Position numbers and translations under genes: made by a program
The notes under the pieces: generated by a model
What the model saw: the letters and a program-made list of their open reading frames with translations, nothing else
Told to the model about the DNA's origin: nothing
Database searches by the model: none
From: Vitrella brassicaformis CCMP3155
Lineage: Eukaryota; Protista; Chromerida
DNA: 64,000 bases
Assembly: GCA_001179505.1 (NCBI GenBank)
Contig: CDMY01000385.1
Span: 186,001 to 250,000, forward strand
Direction: 5' to 3'
Shown: positions 58,062-64,000 of the stretch, one piece after another
How positions within the stretch are numbered: the stretch's first letter is position 1
Layout: each line of letters opens with the position of its first letter

Positions 58062-59613
58062 ATGTTTATGCCTTTCATCACCTTTGCTTTTACCATCCTG
58101 GCCTCTGCCCTGGCTCTCGGGCACGCGAGTGGAGTACTGCAGAGCGACATCTCTCTTTTTGATGCTCCCACAGGTGACACAAACACACGCATTGACCACA
58201 CGGATGCCTGTCCACCCATCCCTTGCTTGTCGTGTGTGCAGATGAGGACGTCACCGCACTGCCAGCCCTTTTGTCCGCCAGTGAGGGGTTCATGGGTCCG
58301 TCTGTTCGCTCCTCCCCCCTCTCGTCCTCCTCCCTGTTAAGAAGGCACACGAGGCTGCATCAGGCGAGGAGTCCAGCAGCCTCATCAGGAGTGGGGTCGC
58401 TTAAGATGATGCCTATTGGTAAGCGAGCAAGCCATGAATGAATGAATCAGTGGCTGTCGTCGTCACACAGTGGTACGTACTATCGGTGTGTGTGTGTTGT
58501 TGTGTCCGTCCGGGTCAATCAGGTGTGCCCAAGGTGGCGTATCGCATACCAGGGTCACCCAATGCCGACTGGATCGACATCTATAACAGGTGAGGACACA
58601 CCTACGGACACCCAGGCGGCCATCCCTTACATGTGGCGTATTCCGCCTGACTTCACCTGTCTGTCTGTGTGTGTTGTGGTCAGGTTGTACCGTGAGCGCA
58701 TCATCTTTCTGGGTCAGGAGATCGACGACGAGTTCGCCAACCAAATCATCGGCGTCATGCTGGTACGCACGCACGGCATAGATTCTTGCACACAGGGAGG
58801 CAAGACCAGCACAGCTGCACACGTGTGTGTATGCGTCTTGCGGACCGATCTGCCTATGGATCCATCTGTCTGTCTGTCGTGTGGTGCCACAGTATTTGGA
58901 CAGCGAGGACAGTACCAAGCCCATTTACATCTACATGAACTGCCCGGGCGGATCCGTCATCGCGGGACTCGCCATCTACGACACAATGCAGGTGCGCTCA
59001 TCCCATCTCTCTCTCGCCACGTACACACGTGTTGGTGTGGTCTCTGTGTGTGTGCAGCACATCAAGAGTGAGGTGGTGACGATCAACGTCGGTCTGTCGG
59101 CCTCCATGGCGTCATTCCTGCTCGCAGCCGGCACCAAGGGCAAGCGATTCGCACTCCCCCACAGGTGGGCGGCCTCACGAAGCACACCCACACAATACAC
59201 TCATGCGATACTCTTTGTGCGTGTGGATGTGTGTGGTTGCAGTCGTGTGATGATTCACCAGCCGATGGGCGGTGCGCAGGGCCAGGCGGAGGACATCAAG
59301 GTCGAGGCAGCACAGATCCTCCGAATCAAAGACAACCTCGTCAAAATGTACAGGTATCACTCGAAGGAAACACCACACACGCGGACAGGCACACGCACTG
59401 CATCAGGGCGACGAGCATGTTTGTTGTTTGGTGCTGTCCCGTGTGCACAGTATGATGACCGGCCAGACGCGCGAGCAGATCATCAAGGACCTCGACCGAG
59501 ACAACTTCATGTCCGCACAGCAGGCCAAGGAGTATGGGCTGATAGACCACGTCATAGACTTAAAGACCGACGCCCAGAAGATGGTCGAGGGCACCTCCTC
59601 CGTGCCAGCGTAG
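58062..59613 (+). CDS. clpP: Nucleus-encoded plastid ATP-dependent Clp protease proteolytic subunit
   Basis: Signal peptide [23 protein letters not shown] plus S/R-rich transit, then MPIG|[21 protein letters not shown]|[27 protein letters not shown]|YLD...YMNCPGGSV. Catalytic S (GLSASMAS), H (MIHQP) and D (LDRDNFMSA) are intact. Confidence 0.96.
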
Positions 59614-59839
59614 CCTGTCGTTCGACTCATGACTGACTCGTGTGGCAGTGAAGTGTGTGCACACATATGTATGGCTTTTTATCCGACATGTTGACGGGAC
59701 CTAACGCGGTTCCAGACGGAATGGATGAAAATCTGGATCTTCAGTGCAACCAGGGAGCCGCTACCTCAAAAACCAGTGAGTTTACATTTGGGTCGAGATC
59801 GGCCAGCAAAATCGTGTTTGTTTCCGTTGATTTGGCGCC

Positions 59840-62800
59840 ATGGAAGCGCTGCTCAAGGCGTTGGGCGACAGGCCTGACGAAGGCTTTGGCTCAGACCTCC
59901 TCGATAAGCTGAAGGACTCTCAAGTGCTCGGCGCCACCGACTGCAGCAGCAATGCGCTCGTTCAGCTGGTGGACGTCGTCATGGAGGCAAGCAACACACA
60001 CACACGAGCCACAGCACCCCTCCCAACATCTTCTGTGGTCTGGTGATGCTGCCCGCTGGCTGTGTATGCCAGGGGATGCAAGGATCTGAGTTTGAGACCA
60101 GCTATTGCGCTTTCACCACGGTCGCTGCGCTCGTACGGCTCGGTGAGCCCTCCCAGACGACAAACACGCTCTTTCACATGGTAGATCTGGTGTTTCAATG
60201 GTTCACACGGTGCCCTCTGATCAGAAACGCCTGTGGATGAGTATGGTGAGGAGTTGGTGGGCAAGCTGGTGGACTGCCTGCAGGCGCTGCTGCACATCAG
60301 TGGCCTGGACGAAACCGACGACTCGTTTGCATGCCTGGTCAGAAAAAAGGGGGTGAATGGGGAGATGGGGGACACATGGATATGACCTCTCTCTCTTGTC
60401 GGTGTGTGGTTGGTGTGCAGGTTGTGTATGAGGCCGTGACGCTCGCCGCCGGCTGCTTTGCCTTCTCTGGCGACGAGGGCACCACCGGCCACAAAATCGC
60501 ATCAGACATCCTCAACGAAGAGTAAGTGAGCCAACGACACACCTGACGGGAGGGGACACTGGAGGGTAGGGGAGCGATGTTCTGTGGTTTGTGGTGTGTG
60601 GTGCAGGTTGCTGGCCTCGCTGCTGGGTCTGTGTGTGTTGACGCCCACGGCAGAGGCCGATCAGTTCCCAGATGGTGCGAGCACAAACACAGCCAATACC
60701 CACACTGTGGATGCTCTCTCTGTGTGTGTGCTGTGTATGTGTTCAGCTCGTTCGTATCTGCGGTTCCAGCATGCCTTCCAGTGTCTGCACCGCGGCTCGT
60801 GTGACACACTCGCCGTGGCCCTCGACGTCGGCCCGTCAGCGTTGCGCCGTTCGTTCGAGATGTCGCTGCTGGAAAGGCCCGCCCTCACACGAGCCGTCAA
60901 GATGATGCTCTCGCCGAACGACGTGCACGCATCTGTCGGACACGCTGAGCTCATCTGGTGGGTAAATGGACGGACGGATGGATGGCTGTGTGTGCATGGG
61001 GTCGGTGGTTGCCGGTGAATGTGTGTGTCAGGCGTGGGCTTCGTCGCAATGGCCGTGCCGATGCGTCCACGTCAGAGGCGCTGGCACACCTGAGGTCTGA
61101 GTGGCCGGAAGCACTCACCCTACTCCGCTCCGGGATGGTCGACACTGGTGAACGGCACACACAGACAGATACTGGTAGCACCGAGAGGCCCCTCTGTGTG
61201 TGTGCTCTGTTGTGTTGTGTGCAGGTGCGTTCAACGAGTCTCTCCGCACGTTCCTCCAAAGCAACCCGAACAGACACAACAAGAAGGAGGCCAAGTACAC
61301 ACACACACACACACCACACCGCACCGCACCACACAGCTCAGCAGCTCTATGTGGGATACTCTGGTGTGCTATGCGCTATGTGCTGTGTATGCAGCCTTGT
61401 TTCGCTCAACGGCTGTGCAGTGGTGCAGCTCGTCTCAACCACAGACGACGATCCCAAAGAGCTGTCGACGGTCGAGGTCAGCGAGCGCTTTGTGTTGGTG
61501 CTCCATCTCACCACTGCTGGGTATCTTCCTTCGCTCAGGGTGTGTTGGACGTGTCGATGTACAACCTGTCGTTCAATTCTAGTGCGGAGGGCGACACTCT
61601 CGAAGTGCCCTACTGGTCCATCGACAAGGTCGCCTGCGTCAAGTAAGCGCAAACCGACCACACACAGACCTCCCATACATAGTGTCATGTCCATGTTGTG
61701 CTGTGTGGTGTTCGCCCTTCTCATGTGTGGTCAGGAACTGCGTGACGTGCCGCCTGACGCGCGAGAGCCTCCGCGACTGTGTGACGCGGTGGGGGGCCGA
61801 GTATCGCATCGAGAGGCAGGACGTCGCCGCCATCATCGAGCAAAACACACACACCGTCCAAGTCCAATTCGCACTCTCTGGCCAGGTACGCAAAGACACC
61901 ACACACCATACCACAACGCACCACGCCACACATCTGCTGCACTGGCGTGTCTGTATGTGTGTCCATCAGGTGGGGATTCAGGTGGCTTCGACTCTTTGTG
62001 AGCTGTCGCTGACGGCCTTCGAGGTGGACGAGCCGACGCGCGACGACGAGGCTGCTGGGGAGTCCAACCTGCGCGTGTCCTTCGCCACCACCAAAGCTGC
62101 CAAACAGTCGCCAGAACTGCCCGCAGGTCACCCAAGAATGGACGCACATCCAACAGTGGTCTGTGTCTCATGTCTATGACATGTTTTGTGCTGCAGCGAG
62201 TCCCCGCCCGCCGCAGACCGACACGCCCCCGAGTGGCGATGAGGCTGAGGGCAGGGAGGCTGAGGGGCAGGGCAAGAAAGGCATACTCAAGCGGATGTCG
62301 ATCGCCAGCTCCAAGGAGATGCGCACCCCCAGGGACAAAGACAAACGCATCTCTTTCGCATCGATGCGACAGGTAAAGTCACCCACACACCCACCAATCC
62401 ACTCACCTCCCCAACCAGCACACTGACGTGTCTGTCAGGTGGTGCGTTTCGATGCCGAGCAGGAGCGTCCCGACTGTGTGAGTCAGGAAGCGATGGCCAA
62501 CCCACCCAAGACACCCACACCACAACCCTTGCCAGAGCAAGAGGAAGACAGCGCCGATGAGGCTGCCAAGGACACACCCGGCCGGCCGCCACGCACCAAC
62601 CGAGCCGTCGATCCCAAGCCATCCTCCCCTCCCTGCCAGCCTCGAGGCCGTCCATGCCCCGCTCCTGCCATGAAACCCCCCTCTCCTCCCTCACCCGACT
62701 CGCTCCCCTCGCCCGTCGCACCGCCACGCCCCCCCTCCCCCCCACCTGTCGTCCCACCGCTGCCACGTGACAGCGAACAACAGAATGAGCCCGAGCAACA

Positions 62801-64000
62801 CGATGAAGAGCAGCCCGACGAGCAGTGAGCACATCATCCAATTGCATGTGTCTCTGTGAGTTCACATTTGTGTCCTTTTGTGCAGGATGGAGGAGCCGCA
62901 GGGCGAGCAGGTGTCTGAGTCTGAGCAGAAGCGGCTGAAGCGTCGCCGGTCGGTGGGCGCCAAGAGCAAGGCCAAGCCGAAGCCCAAGATGGGTCTCAGC
63001 AGAGCCCAGGTCCAGGCGAAGGCCAAGAAGGCGTCTGCGGCTGCTCGTGTGGATGTGGAGATGGTGGAGGAGGATCGCGACCAGGAGGAGGAGGAGAAGG
63101 AGGAGGAGGAGGAGGAGAAGGAGGAGCCCAAGAAGGTGGCCAAGACCAAGAAGCGCAAGGAGCGGGTCGAAATCATGTGAGACACCACCGCACCTTAACA
63201 CACAGACAACATCCTCTCCCGTGTATGCAAACATACATACCTTCCTTCATGGCATTGTCTGTGCGTATGTTGCTATGTCAGGCTTGACGAAATGGATGAC
63301 GTGTCTGCCGACGAGGAGGGCGATGTCGAGATGAAGCCCAAACATGACCTGGCTAAGAAACACAATCGCAAGTGAGACAGAAATGACACACCCACACCAC
63401 CTCTGGCACATGAGCATCTCGCTCTGCGTCTGCCAGGGTGGATGAGGTGGTCGGCAAGTCCCACAAGGAGTTCTACGGTGTCGAGAGGCCCATGCGCAAG
63501 GACGATGGTGCCAAGAAGAAACCCGACCGCAAGTGAGCACAAAGCCAGCAACATTCCACTCACCCACGCACACGTGTTGTCTTTGTTACACAGGGTTGGT
63601 GAGGTGGGTGGCAGGTCTGGAAAGGAGCGTGACGGCGTCGAGATGAAGCCACACAAGGCCAAAGGCGACGATGCCAAGAAGAAACCCGACCGCAAGTGAG
63701 AGTTTCACAAGAACGACATCCATACCAGCCCCCCACACAACTGACTTGATGTGTGTATCAGGGTGGTGAAGGCCAAGTCGAAGCCTCGCTCACCGCCCCC
63801 TCCGCCCCGCAGCCCATCGCCCCCGCCCACACCTCCCCCTGCGCACCAGCAAGACCAAGACCACGACCAAGAAGACGTCGTCATGGCGCCACCGCATGCC
63901 GACCAAAAGGCCGTGCCGCAGCCCAAGCAGCAGAAGCCGCCCCGTCCTGCCGCGCCCAAGGCTGCCGCGGCCAAGGCTGCCGCGGCCAAGGTGGAGGGCA
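59840..64000 (+). CDS. Candidate SYCP2/Red1-type meiotic axis protein (armadillo-like plus PH-like domains, disordered tail with PP1 motifs); 3'-partial
   Basis: Helical N-terminal exons. NDVHASVGHAELIW|R has the D-x4-V-x3-E-x-L/I-x-R spacing I recall for SYCP2 (DYELQVAITEALCR). T|GAFNESLRTFLQSNPN resembles SYCP2 FExDCRxFLNxVN. Beta-rich GVLDVSMYNLSF...TLEVPYWSIDKV. Tail has RVSF, KKGILK, KRISF, VVRF plus P-, E- and K-rich tracts. Gene continues past the window. The gene structure is better supported than the family assignment. Confidence 0.55.

Noticed and set aside
1-64000. tRNA, rRNA, telomeric repeats or transposable-element ORFs
   Set aside because: No cloverleaf, rRNA-like, telomere-like, transposase or reverse-transcriptase signatures were recognised by eye; tRNAscan-SE, Infernal and RepeatModeler would be needed to exclude them formally.

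Overview
Intron-rich, GC-rich eukaryotic genomic DNA whose introns are full of (CA)n/(GT)n/(GACA)n/(GGAT)n microsatellites. The intron style, the bipartite (signal plus transit peptide) plastid-targeted proteins and an HPR-type RNA-binding protein point to a chromerid alga such as Vitrella brassicaformis; this is inference, not a database match. I reconstructed about 22 spliced protein-coding genes by hand from GT-AG junctions. Clearly recognisable housekeeping genes are CDKAL1, PRPF4, RPL10, plastid ClpP, a PHO80/CYCU-type cyclin and an EamA transporter. A 19-kb block (29.5-48.7 kb) holds five signal-peptide proteins: a GH97 glycosidase, a GH13 alpha-amylase, a subtilase with Glu in place of the catalytic His, a DUF5060/clan GH-A-like hydrolase and a protein with two copies of a cyanobacterial-type domain. 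Four of these look bacterial in type, and an internally deleted SDR/epimerase lies among them. Other highlights are a NEK-like pseudokinase (DFG replaced by CLG) fused to a RING finger, a candidate SYCP2/Red1-type meiotic axis protein with PP1-docking motifs (runs off the window end), eight head-to-head gene pairs, and introns with complementary CA-rich 5' and TG-rich 3' halves. I found no rRNA, tRNA, CRISPR array or transposon. One 300-N assembly gap lies inside an intron. All family assignments come from motif recognition by eye, and exon boundaries are unverified predictions.
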